Assembly: GCA_965203905.1 (NCBI GenBank)
Contig: CBDBDQ010000005.1
Location: 6,944,001-7,008,000 of the forward strand
DNA from: Spirochaetia bacterium
GTDB taxonomy: Bacteria; Spirochaetota; Spirochaetia; SZUA-6; Bin103
DNA: 64,000 nt
Direction of reading: 5' to 3'
Shown in pieces: positions 39,430 through 48,778 of this stretch. Positions within the stretch are counted from its first letter, which is position 1, and every line of letters begins with the position of its first letter. The notes under the pieces are model-generated. The model had not been told where the DNA came from, did no database searches, and saw only the letters and a program-made list of their open reading frames with translations. Made by a program: the position numbers and the translations under genes.

Positions 39430-40818
39430 TCACGCGAACCACAGCGAGAAGACCTCGGCGTTCCGCAGGCCGAGCCGGACGCTGCACCGCTGGCCGGGCC
39501 TGTCTCCGGGAGCGTGATTCCGCCACCTGATCACGTGGTCGAGCGAGTCGCCGTCGACCGCGAGGCAGGCGTCGCGCTCGAATCCGGGCACGACCGCTCC
39601 GGTCCGGTCCACCAGCTCCGCGGTGATCTGACCCTTTGAGGCGTTGGCATTGACGTGCAGCTCGCGGCCGACCGGCACGGGCACCGTGACGACCTCACCC
39701 TCGTCACCGGCGCGCAGCCCAACCAGCCTGTCCCGCTGCCAGGTCGCCAGACCGATGGCCCGCTTCCAGTCGCCCTTCTTCTGTGCGCCGTGGGGATGGT
39801 CCATCCCGAAGTAGTAGAGCCGCAGCTCGTCGCCGTCCTCGACCAACGACTGCGCCGAGCGGATGAAGCCGCCGTCCCACTCACCTCGCCTGCCCATCTC
39901 GAGGATGCGGCTCCGGTCCCCGACCCGCTCCCAGGTGCGGCCATCCCGGCTGCTGATGAGCTGGACGTCGATCACCCCGTGTGCGTTCAGGCCCAGCGTG
40001 CCCGTGGCGTTGGTCGTGCGCAACACGTCCATGAAGCCAAGCAGCAGGGGGCCGTATCTGAATATCGGGATGCCATAGATCTCCGCGGACCGGTCCGGAT
40101 CGCCGTCGGTCCACTGGTCGTCGATCCGGTCGGGAATGACGGCTGGAACCGGCAGCGTCCATTCGTAGCCGTCGGCACTCGTAGTCCAGTTCTGGATGCG
40201 GCGGCGCCTGCCCCGCACCTGCAGGTGGCGCTTTATCATCCCGCGAAACAGCTTCTCGCGCTCGTCGTACAGGTAGAACCCGACGTCCCCGAAGCGGGGG
40301 ATCACCGGCTCCGACGACCACTCCGTCCAGACGAGCCCGTCGTCGGAGAAGCGGACGTAGTGGCCGTCTCGACTGTAAGCCAGCAGGGTGTAGCGACGGC
40401 CCGGTCCCAGCTCCGGCGTGCGCATCACGTTCGAGTACTGGTGGGCGCCGCTCTCCGGGTCGAGGAAGACGTTGTTTTCGGCTGATCCTTCAGGATCGGT
40501 GAACTGGCCCAGTGACGGCAGCCGCCACTCGATTCCGTCATCGCTCTCGGCGTACAGGTGCCACAGGTGGCCCTTCGCGTAGCCGCGCTCCCCGACGCCC
40601 GACCCGTACCACATGCGGTAGCCGCCATCCTCCTTCAGCACGGTCCCGAGCATGAGCGAGTCACTCTCCCACGCGCGGCCACCCCTCAGCAGCGGGTTGC
40701 CCTCGAACCTTGCGCCGGGGTGGATACGGCGCTGGACGCCTTCCAGCGACTGGATCTGAGCGTCGTCGATGAAGAGGACTCGGTCTTTGCTGCTCTGATC
40801 AGCCGTGCTCGGCGGCAT
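39430..40818 (-). CDS. Uncharacterised glycosidase-like propeller protein
   Basis: VLFIDD, GNP, YRMWY, YAESDDGIEW, SRDGRTW.R and DRLVG; ends EVFSLW. Confidence 0.75.
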   Translation of the reverse strand: MPPSTADQSSKDRVLFIDDAQIQSLEGVQRRIHPGARFEGNPLLRGGRAWESDSLMLGTVLKEDGGYRMWYGSGVGERGYAKGHLWHLYAESDDGIEWRLPSLGQFTDPEGSAENNVFLDPESGAHQYSNVMRTPELGPGRRYTLLAYSRDGHYVRFSDDGLVWTEWSSEPVIPRFGDVGFYLYDEREKLFRGMIKRHLQVRGRRRRIQNWTTSADGYEWTLPVPAVIPDRIDDQWTDGDPDRSAEIYGIPIFRYGPLLLGFMDVLRTTNATGTLGLNAHGVIDVQLISSRDGRTWERVGDRSRILEMGRRGEWDGGFIRSAQSLVEDGDELRLYYFGMDHPHGAQKKGDWKRAIGLATWQRDRLVGLRAGDEGEVVTVPVPVGRELHVNANASKGQITAELVDRTGAVVPGFERDACLAVDGDSLDHVIRWRNHAPGDRPGQRCSVRLGLRNAEVFSLWFA

Positions 40819-40820
40819 TG

Positions 40821-42194
40821 CTATTGCTCCCACCAGAGCGAGAAGACCTCGGCATCACGAAGCTGAAGGCGGATGCGGACCGTGCGACCCGCGAGTGACG
40901 AGAGGGCGCCGCTGTTCCATGCGAGCCGATGGTCGAGCGAGTCGTCGTTGGCGAGCGCCCTGCCCTCTTTGGCCGAGAAACCCGCTATGGCAGTTGAGCC
41001 ATCCTCGTCCAGCAGCTCGGCGGTCAACCTGCCCCCGGCCGCGTCCGCATTGACGTGCAGATCGCCTGCGGCCACCGTCGCCGTGGTCACAATGACCCCG
41101 TCGCCACGGGCTGAGAGCCCGGCCAGCCGGTCCCGCGGCCAGGATGCTACCCCGATGCTCTTGGTCCACCGGCTCCGCTGCAAAGCGCCGGCAGTCCTCC
41201 GACACCCGGTGTAGTACGCGTCAACCCGGTCTCCATCCTCGACCAGCGAGTGGCCCATCCAGACGAGTCCTTCATCCCACGACTCTTCTTCGCCACGCTC
41301 GAGGATCGGGCGTCGGTCTCCCACGCGGTGCCAGGCCTTGCCGTCTCTGCTGCACACCAACTGGACCTCCATCTCGCCGTCGAATCCGCGTCCGCCGATG
41401 TCGCGGCCGCGGAGCACCTGGAGGAAGCCCAGGAGAACCGGACCGTAGCGCGTGATCGGCATCGCGGGGAACAGGGTCGTGTTGTCGGGGTCGTCGCCGG
41501 CCCACTCGGTGTCCGCCGCGTCGGGAGCGAGGACCGGGCGCGGGAGGGACCACTCGACCCCATCCGTGCTGTGCGTCGCGAAGAGCTCCGTCGGGGCCCG
41601 GTCCCACAACAGGAGTCCCCGAAAGGTCGCGTCGACCTCGTCGTACATGAACCACCCGGCCTGGTAGCCTGGGATGACCGGAGTCTCCGGGCCGTCGCTC
41701 CAGCGCACTCCGTCGTCGGACCAGGCGATGAAATGGCCGTTGTAGGGCAGGTCGTGGCCCACGCCATAGGAGAACAGCGTGTAGGCGTGGCCGCCCTGTG
41801 CCCGGGCCGTGTGCAGCACGGACGGGTTGATGTCCCTGCTGAAGGTCGGCCTGACGTGGGTGATGTTGTTCGCATACGAACCCATAAAGTTTTCGGTGAC
41901 GCCGAGCTCCGGCTTCGACCACGTGCGACCGTCATCGCTCTCGGCGTAGAGGTGGAGCGAGCGGTTGAAGGGATCGAACCCGTTACGGCCGGGACCGGTG
42001 GCGTAGGTCTGGTACCACATCCGGTACCGTTCGGCCTCCTTGCGCACGGTCCCCACGATCACCTCGGCCGCCTCCCAGCTGCGGTCCGACGTGACCACCG
42101 GGTTCCCGTGGTACCGGCGGGCTGGGTGGATCTTGCGCTCGACGCCCCGCGCCGAGGCGATCTGGGCGTCGTCGATGAAGAGGATACGGTTCAT
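40821..42194 (-). CDS. Uncharacterised glycosidase-like propeller protein, tandem paralog of 39430-40818
   Basis: ILFIDDAQI, YRMWY, YAESDDG and SRDGKAW; ends AEVFSLW. Confidence 0.75.
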   Translation of the reverse strand: MNRILFIDDAQIASARGVERKIHPARRYHGNPVVTSDRSWEAAEVIVGTVRKEAERYRMWYQTYATGPGRNGFDPFNRSLHLYAESDDGRTWSKPELGVTENFMGSYANNITHVRPTFSRDINPSVLHTARAQGGHAYTLFSYGVGHDLPYNGHFIAWSDDGVRWSDGPETPVIPGYQAGWFMYDEVDATFRGLLLWDRAPTELFATHSTDGVEWSLPRPVLAPDAADTEWAGDDPDNTTLFPAMPITRYGPVLLGFLQVLRGRDIGGRGFDGEMEVQLVCSRDGKAWHRVGDRRPILERGEEESWDEGLVWMGHSLVEDGDRVDAYYTGCRRTAGALQRSRWTKSIGVASWPRDRLAGLSARGDGVIVTTATVAAGDLHVNADAAGGRLTAELLDEDGSTAIAGFSAKEGRALANDDSLDHRLAWNSGALSSLAGRTVRIRLQLRDAEVFSLWWEQ

Positions 42195-42207
42195 CACGAT
42201 CTGATTG

Positions 42208-42236
42208 ACTATAGACGTACGTGCACCGCCCGTAAA
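42208..42236 (-). promoter_or_regulatory. sigma70-type promoter
   Basis: Minus strand TTTACG(42236-31), 17 nt, TATAGT(42213-08). Confidence 0.65.
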
Positions 42237-42265
42237 CATGCGCGCGGATGGTAGCCTCGGAAGGC

Positions 42266-43327
42266 CTACAGCGGCGCGCCTTCGCGCAACCAGGCCTCGG
42301 AGAAGCGGGCGCACTTGAGCCGGGTCTTGATGTTCTCGTACGGGGGGAAGTGGAAGGTCTTGGCCAGCCACTGCTGCCAGACGACCAGGATGGTGCCGTC
42401 GCCGGCCTGGGTAACGCCGGGGTAGGAGACCTGGCAGCCGGGGTTGGTGAGGATGCGGTGATGGGACCAGCTCGCGCACTCGTCGTAGGAGATGGCAACG
42501 CTCAGTGGCTAGCGGTTCATGGCGCCGATGTAGGGAGTGCTGGTCCACACCGCCACCACGGCGCTGGGCTCGAAGGAAAGGCGGTACAGCGCGGCGGGCG
42601 TGTTGGAGGCGACCAGGTTTGATGGCAACGGTGCACTCCAGGTAGCGCCGTGGTCGCCGCTGCGCGCCTGGTAGTGGCGGCCGCGGGTGGTGCGCACCAG
42701 CATCAGCAGGTCGCCGCCCGCCAGCTCCACCACCGTCGGCTCGTCGGCTCCGTTGGGGTCGCCGGGCAGCCGCACGCCGGCGCCGGGCTGCCAGGTGGCG
42801 CCGCCGTCGGTCGAGCGCAGCACGCCAGCGACGCTCACCATCTCGCGCTCGTACACCTGCGCGCCGCCCTCCAGGTTCTCGACGTAGTAGAAGGGCATGA
42901 TCAGGGTGCCGTCGCGCAGCGCGATCCCCTCGTTGCAGTTGCCGCAGTAGCGCCTGCCGGTGTCGATGCGGGTGGCCGCGCCCCAACTCCGTCCGTCGTC
43001 GTCGCTGGCGATGTGGTACAGCCCGGAGGTGGCATAGCGCGGCGCCTCACCCGCGTGCTCCTGCGTCGACTCGGCGCCGGTGTACTGCAGCACCACCCGG
43101 CGCTCCGCGGCCAGCAGTGCGACATCCCCATCCGCGCGGTCCACCAGCACCTGCGGCCGGCTCCAGGTGACGCCGGCATCCGCCGAACGCGCGCCGAGTA
43201 CTCGCTGCGACGACTTCCACACCGCCAGAACGTCGCCGTCCGGCAGCCGCGCGATGCCCGGAACCGAGCCGCCGATGAGTTCCGGATCGAGTGTCGATTC
43301 CTGGTAGTACGGTTCTTTGTGGACCAT
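42266..43327 (-). pseudogene. Sialidase-like (BNR/Asp-box) gene interrupted by an in-frame TAG at 42509-42511
   Basis: Asp boxes SADAGVTW, SDDDGRSW, STDGGATW and SGDHGATW, then NR*PLSVAISYDECASW...SYP continuing in frame to TAG at 42266; GGAGG RBS. Confidence 0.8.
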
Positions 43328-43437
43328 GATTCTGCCTCCGAGATGCCGCGCGGTTGGGCGAATTCGTTTCCTGGACAGGTGCCGGGACCTGAAGTAAGGT
43401 GACAATTCTCCAACAATCTCATCGTGGAGGTGCCGTC

Positions 43438-45477
43438 ATGCAGAACGGTCTACCCTACCTGCGGTCAACGCTGGCCGCAACCGTCCTCGGACTGGTCGCG
43501 GTTGCCACCGCCTTCGCAGCGCCGGAATTCAAGGGGTCGTTCCTCTGGGATGGGCCCATGCCGCAGAGCTTCAACGAGGCGCCGATGCTGGCGGCGAAGG
43601 TCGCGGCCGGCGAGCTGCCGCCGGTGGAGGACCGGCTGCCGGATCCGGGCGACGTATTGGTGATTCCGGTGGTCGAACGGATCGGCGACTACGGCGGCAC
43701 CTGGCGCCGGGCGGCACGGTCCGGTCCCGGCAACCAGGGGGTCGACCGGCTCATGATGGACCATGTGCTGCTGTTCGATCTCGACGGCGCGGAGGTGATT
43801 CCCAACGTCCTCAAGAGCTGGCAGGTGAGCCCCGACCAGCGCACCTTCACCATGCAGCTCCGGCGCGGGATGAAGTGGAATGACGGTACGCCGTTCACCG
43901 CCGACTCCTGGGTGTGGCCGAACGAGAACATCGTGCGCAACGAGAAGCTCAATCCCGCCAAGGAAGGGCGCCTGGGTTTTTCCCAGTTCGGGCCGAATCT
44001 GCGAAAGATCGACGACTACACCATCCAGTGGAGCTTCGACGAGCCCGCGGCCGGGTTCATCGACGAGCTGGCCACCTTCCGTATCGGAGGCTGGACATTC
44101 AACGGGCGCATCGGCGCACCGGCCTACGCACCCGGGCACTGGCTGGCGCAGTTCCACGAGGACCTGGTATCGGACGAGGCGGCTCTCGACGGCATGATCA
44201 AGGATGCCGGCTTCGACAACTGGGAGTCGTTCTTCAAGTCCAAGATGGACGTGCACGTGACCCTGGGCGTGCCGACGATCTCGCCGTGGGTCACGCAGAC
44301 CCTCGGCACCTCGGAGCTGTACGTCCTGGAGCGCAATCCCTACTACTACGCCGTGGACCCCGAGGGGAACCAGCTCCCCTACATCGACCGCATCGAGCAT
44401 CTGCCCGTCGAGGACAACGAGGTGCTCCAGCTCCGCGCAATCGCCGGTGAGGTCGACTTCCAGCAGCGGAGCATCTCCTTCGACCAGGTGCCGGTGTTCC
44501 TGGAGAACGCCGAGAAGGGCGACTACCGCGTCATCTTCTGGCCTTCGGATGCCAGCATCGCCGTCCCCTTCAACTACTCGTACGGACTCGGAGATGTCGC
44601 CGAGGCCCCCGATCCGGAGATCCGCAAGTGGATCACCAACGTGGACTTCAAGATCGCGCTCTCGCACGCCATCAATCGGCCCAAGATCAACGAGATCGCA
44701 TTCTTCGGCACCGGCACCCCGAAGCAGGCGGTGTTCCCCAAGGGCCACCCCCACTATCCGGGAGAGGAGATCGAGAAGCTCTACACCGAGTACGACCCGG
44801 ACCAGGCGAACGCGATCCTGGACCGCCTCGGACTCGACAAGAAGGACGACGAGGGCTTCCGTCTGCGCAGCGACGGAGAGGGCCGTCTGAAGCTGGAATT
44901 CATCGACACCGCCGGCCCCCCCTGGAAGGTGGCGACCGCCGCGCTGATCATCGAGGACTGGGCCAAGGTGGGAATCGACGTCAGTTACATCACCGAGGCG
45001 TGGCCGGTGTTCTCCGAGCGCGAGGGCGGGAACCTGCACCAGATCGCCCGCCTCGACATAGACGTGAACGCCAGAACGCCGACCAGCCTCGTCGAGGGCA
45101 GGCACGCGTTCCCCGGTTATCAGAACTGGTACGCCTCCCGCAAGGGAGCCAGGCTCCTGGGCAGCGGCGCCGTGGCGGTCGAGCCCCCCGCGGACGACGC
45201 GGACTTCTGGCGCCTGGTGGAGCTGAGTGACGAGGCCGCCACCCTGCGCTACAAGGACCGCACCGAGAACTACATCGAGAGCCAGAAGATCGCGGTCGAG
45301 AACCTGTACGTGATCGGGATCATGGGCGACACGCCGGCGTTCGGCGGCGTGATCATCGCCAAGAACAACTTCCGCAACGTGCCGGACAAGGCCAAGAACG
45401 TCTCGGAGCTGCAGAACCCCGGCACCGGGCGCACGGCGCAGTTCTTCTTCGAGGGCGGCAAGAACGACTCCGAATAG
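43438..45477 (+). CDS. ABC substrate-binding protein, family 5
   Basis: EAPMLA..VAAGELPPVEDRLP, MKWNDGTPFTAD and RNPYYY.VDPEGNQLPYID; GGAGG RBS. Confidence 0.9.
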   Translation: MQNGLPYLRSTLAATVLGLVAVATAFAAPEFKGSFLWDGPMPQSFNEAPMLAAKVAAGELPPVEDRLPDPGDVLVIPVVERIGDYGGTWRRAARSGPGNQGVDRLMMDHVLLFDLDGAEVIPNVLKSWQVSPDQRTFTMQLRRGMKWNDGTPFTADSWVWPNENIVRNEKLNPAKEGRLGFSQFGPNLRKIDDYTIQWSFDEPAAGFIDELATFRIGGWTFNGRIGAPAYAPGHWLAQFHEDLVSDEAALDGMIKDAGFDNWESFFKSKMDVHVTLGVPTISPWVTQTLGTSELYVLERNPYYYAVDPEGNQLPYIDRIEHLPVEDNEVLQLRAIAGEVDFQQRSISFDQVPVFLENAEKGDYRVIFWPSDASIAVPFNYSYGLGDVAEAPDPEIRKWITNVDFKIALSHAINRPKINEIAFFGTGTPKQAVFPKGHPHYPGEEIEKLYTEYDPDQANAILDRLGLDKKDDEGFRLRSDGEGRLKLEFIDTAGPPWKVATAALIIEDWAKVGIDVSYITEAWPVFSEREGGNLHQIARLDIDVNARTPTSLVEGRHAFPGYQNWYASRKGARLLGSGAVAVEPPADDADFWRLVELSDEAATLRYKDRTENYIESQKIAVENLYVIGIMGDTPAFGGVIIAKNNFRNVPDKAKNVSELQNPGTGRTAQFFFEGGKNDSE

Positions 45478-45492
45478 TAATAACTGATGCCT

Positions 45493-45525
45493 GACGGACG
45501 GCCGGTGCGCACCCGGCCGTCCGTC
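45493..45525. terminator. 13-bp-stem hairpin between SBP and permease (attenuator/mRNA stabiliser)
   Basis: GACGGACGGCCGG-tgcgcac-CCGGCCGTCCGTC. Confidence 0.65.
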
Positions 45526-45536
45526 GAACATTCGCC

Positions 45537-46544
45537 ATGATCGCCTTCCTGGTCCGGCGCACCCTGCTGGCCGTGGTGACCACCTTCGCCATCTCCATCG
45601 TGGGGTTTCTCGTCATTCAGCTTCCCCCGGGCGACTACATCAGCATGTACGTGCAGACGCTGGTCGACCCGTCGGGAGAAGGCAGCGCCCAGACCATGGT
45701 GGACCCGGCCCTGGAGCAGCAGTTGCGCCGCGACTTCGGTCTCGACCAGCCGGTGATCCTGCAGTACCTGAAGTGGGCCTGGCGCATGCTGCGGCTCGAC
45801 TGGGGGATCTCCTTTCACTTCAAGCAGCGCATCACGGAGGTCGTATTCAGCTACCGGCTGCTGAACACCGTGCTTCTGGCGCTGGGCACCGTCCTGTTCA
45901 CCTGGGTGCTGGCGATCCCGATCGGGATCTACTCCGCGGTGCGCCACAACACGGCCGCCGACTACATCGTCACGTTCGTGGGGTTTCTCGGTCTGGCGGT
46001 GCCCGACTTCCTGCTCGCGCTGGCGCTGATGTGGTTCGCGTATACCGCCTTCGGCATCAGCGCGGGCGGTCTCTACTCCGCCGAGTACGTCACCGCGCCC
46101 TGGAGCCTCGGCAAGGTGATCGACCTGCTCAAGCACCTGTGGATTCCCGCCATCGTGCTGGGGACCTCGGGCACCGCGGCGTTGATCAGGATCCTGCGCA
46201 ACAACCTGCTGGACGAGCTGGGGAAGCTGTACGTGATCGCGGCGCGGGCCAAGGGGCTGGCGGAGGCGACGCTGGTCTTCAAGTACCCGGTGCGGATGGC
46301 GTTGAATCCGCTGGTGAGCACGGTCGGATACCTGCTGCCGTTCCTGTTCTCGGGCAGCATCATCGTCTCGGTGGTGCTGAGCCTGCCGACCCTCGGACCG
46401 GTGCTGCTGGGGGCGATCGTTCAGGAAGACCTGTTCCTGGCCGCCACCATCACGGTGCTGCTGGGATTCCTGACGGTGCTGGGGACGCTGATCTCGGATC
46501 TGCTGCTGGTGGTCGTCGATCCGCGCATCAGGGCGGGCGGATAG
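45537..46544 (+). CDS. Opp/Dpp-type ABC permease (DppB-like)
   Basis: LPPGDY, GLDQP..LQY, ARAKGL and DLL...VDPRIR. Confidence 0.92.
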   Translation: MIAFLVRRTLLAVVTTFAISIVGFLVIQLPPGDYISMYVQTLVDPSGEGSAQTMVDPALEQQLRRDFGLDQPVILQYLKWAWRMLRLDWGISFHFKQRITEVVFSYRLLNTVLLALGTVLFTWVLAIPIGIYSAVRHNTAADYIVTFVGFLGLAVPDFLLALALMWFAYTAFGISAGGLYSAEYVTAPWSLGKVIDLLKHLWIPAIVLGTSGTAALIRILRNNLLDELGKLYVIAARAKGLAEATLVFKYPVRMALNPLVSTVGYLLPFLFSGSIIVSVVLSLPTLGPVLLGAIVQEDLFLAATITVLLGFLTVLGTLISDLLLVVVDPRIRAGG

Positions 46545-46546
46545 GG

Positions 46547-47674
46547 GTGGCCGGACCAACGCTGCCGCGCGCGGCCAGACACTCGGAGCGGGACGCTGTC
46601 TCCGAAGCCGGACAGTGGCGGTTGATGTGGCGGGCCTTCCGCAAGCACCGGGTCGCGACGGTGTGCGCCGCGGTCGTTGCCGGCTTCTACTTCGTGGCCC
46701 TGTTCGCGGACTTCTTCTCCAGCGTCGATCCGACGGTCTCGGACGAGCTGGTCACCTACCTGCCTCCCCAGAGCATCCACTGGCTCGACGGCGGATCCTT
46801 GCGGCCGTACGTCGAGGGGATCACCAGCCGCCGGGATCCCGCCACGTTCAAGAAGCACTACGCGGCCGACCCCGAGGTGAAACTGCCGTTGCGCTTCTTC
46901 GGCCGCGGCTACGAGTACCGGCTGCTCGGCCTGGTACCCGCCGACCGGCACCTGCTGGTCGTGGAGGGAGACCGGCGCACCGCGCCGTACCTGCTCGGCA
47001 CCGACAACCTGGGCCGTGACGTCCTGGCCCGCATTCTGCGCGGATCGCGCGTCTCGCTGACCATCGGCCTGGTCGGGGTGGCCATCAGCTTCGTCCTGGG
47101 CGTCATGCTCGGAGGCATCTCCGGCTACTACGGCGGACCGATCGACACCCTGATCCAGCGCTTGATCGAGGTTCTGAACTCGATCCCCTCGCTGCCCCTC
47201 TGGATCGCCCTGGCGTCCGCCATGCCGCGGGACTGGAGCCTGACCCAGAGATACTTCGCGATCACTGCGATCATCGCGCTGACCGGCTGGACCCACCTGG
47301 CGCGGGTGGTGCGGGGCAGGCTGCTCTCCATGCGCGAGGAGGACTTCATCGTTGCCGCGCGACTTACCGGCGCCCGCGACGGGTCGATCATCGGCCGCCA
47401 CATGGTGCCGAACTTCGCCAGCCACCTGATCGCGGTCGTCACCCTGGCGATTCCCGGCATGATCATCGGCGAGACTTCGTTGAGCTTTCTCGGACTGGGC
47501 CTGCGGCCGCCGGCGATCAGTTGGGGCGTGCTCCTGCAGGCCGCCCAGAACGTGCAGTCAGTGGCCCTCTATCCGTGGCTGATGGTCGCCGCGGCGCCCG
47601 TCATCGTGGCGGTGCTGGTGTTCAACTTCGTCGGCGACGGGTTGCGCGACGCGGCCGACCCGTACTCGAGGTAA
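46547..47674 (+). CDS. Opp/Dpp-type ABC permease (DppC-like)
   Basis: LLGTDNLGRD, G.RVSL.IG, E.SLSFLGLG and FNFVGDGLRDAADP. Confidence 0.92.
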   Translation: MAGPTLPRAARHSERDAVSEAGQWRLMWRAFRKHRVATVCAAVVAGFYFVALFADFFSSVDPTVSDELVTYLPPQSIHWLDGGSLRPYVEGITSRRDPATFKKHYAADPEVKLPLRFFGRGYEYRLLGLVPADRHLLVVEGDRRTAPYLLGTDNLGRDVLARILRGSRVSLTIGLVGVAISFVLGVMLGGISGYYGGPIDTLIQRLIEVLNSIPSLPLWIALASAMPRDWSLTQRYFAITAIIALTGWTHLARVVRGRLLSMREEDFIVAARLTGARDGSIIGRHMVPNFASHLIAVVTLAIPGMIIGETSLSFLGLGLRPPAISWGVLLQAAQNVQSVALYPWLMVAAAPVIVAVLVFNFVGDGLRDAADPYSR

Positions 47675-47697
47675 TCCTTTTTGTTGAAATAATCTGT

Positions 47698-47726
47698 TGG
47701 ACATTGTAGCTTCCAGAAGCTACACT
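47698..47726 (+). promoter_or_regulatory. Promoter with an overlapping palindromic operator
   Basis: TGGACA, 17 nt, TACACT; TGTAGCTT-ccag-AAGCTACA (47705-47724) lies in the spacer and -10. Confidence 0.6.
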
Positions 47727-47749
47727 CACTCCTGCCGTGGAGGAAGAAA

Positions 47750-48778
47750 ATGATCGAGAAGTTCACGATAAGCCGCGACGACAGCATCTACGAGGCCTGG
47801 CCCGACGTCGCTCTGACCCGCACCGGACGGCTGGCGTGCGCCTTCACCGAGTGCCTTCACCATCTCGATCGCACCTACGCCCGCGTCATGGCAGCCGACT
47901 CCGTCGACCGCGGCAGGACCTGGAGTGCGAAGCGTCCCGTGACCGAGGCGACCCGCGGATCGACCAACTGGAACGGGCCTCGCATCGTGCAGCTAAGCGA
48001 CGGGCGGCTGGTGGTGATCGTGGAAAAGGTCTCCGGCAACGGCAGGCGGCGCGGCCGCACCCACCTCGTGTACAGCGACGACGACGGCGCCACCTGGGGT
48101 GAACCGGAGGCAACGCCGGCGATCGGCATCGTGCCCGACAGGCTGCTGGAGCTGGCCAGCGGCCGCTGGCTGCTGTCGAGCCACGAAGAGGAAGAGGGCT
48201 TCGGCTACCTCGTGCAGCGGCTGTGGTACTCGGACGACCGCGGCGCGACCTGGAGTGATCCGGTGGTGGTCGGCAGACAGGAGGGCCTCAACCTGTGCGA
48301 AGCCTCGATCCTGCCGGTGGACGACCTGCTGGTCGCCTTCATGCGCGAGAACTCGATGCTCGGCCGGACCTGCTACAAGACGATCTCGCGGGACTCCGGG
48401 GCAAGCTGGGGCGAGCCGATCGGGTTCCCGCTCCCCGGCTGTCACCGCCCGGTGGCGGGCTGGCTGCAGGAGGGACCCGTCCTGATCACCTACCGCATGC
48501 ACCAGGGCGGCAAGTTCGGCTGGGGCAAGCGCACCCAGAACTTCCTCGCCGCCACCGCCGACCGGGAGTCGGTACTGGCCTCCAGCTACACCGAGTCCAA
48601 TACCCGCATCATGCCGCTCGACTACGACCGCTCGCCGGTCAGCGACACCGGCTACTCGGGATGGGTGCAGTTCGACGACGGCGAGATCTACGTCGTCAAC
48701 TACATCGTCGACGACGCCCCCAACGGTCAGATTCGCGGCTACTCGCTGCGACTGGAGGATTTCACCGTAACCCCGTGA
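47750..48778 (+). CDS. Sialidase-like BNR/Asp-box protein; paralog of 32252-33571
   Basis: SVDRGRTW, SDDDGATW, SDDRGATW, SRDSGASW and DTGYSGWV. Confidence 0.8.
   Translation: MIEKFTISRDDSIYEAWPDVALTRTGRLACAFTECLHHLDRTYARVMAADSVDRGRTWSAKRPVTEATRGSTNWNGPRIVQLSDGRLVVIVEKVSGNGRRRGRTHLVYSDDDGATWGEPEATPAIGIVPDRLLELASGRWLLSSHEEEEGFGYLVQRLWYSDDRGATWSDPVVVGRQEGLNLCEASILPVDDLLVAFMRENSMLGRTCYKTISRDSGASWGEPIGFPLPGCHRPVAGWLQEGPVLITYRMHQGGKFGWGKRTQNFLAATADRESVLASSYTESNTRIMPLDYDRSPVSDTGYSGWVQFDDGEIYVVNYIVDDAPNGQIRGYSLRLEDFTVTP

Noticed and set aside
42509-42511. Genome-wide TAG recoding
   Set aside because: Many genes here end normally with TAG (e.g. topA, permeases, SBPs).
42195-42986. N-terminal extension of the 721-aa ORF
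   Set aside because: Off-frame overlap with the sialidase-like gene; a promoter and the paralog alignment place the start at 42194.
43465-45531. Long antisense ORFs (this one and similar ones such as 1051-3357 and 5116-6543)
   Set aside because: Typical high-GC shadow ORFs opposite well-supported genes, with no motifs.
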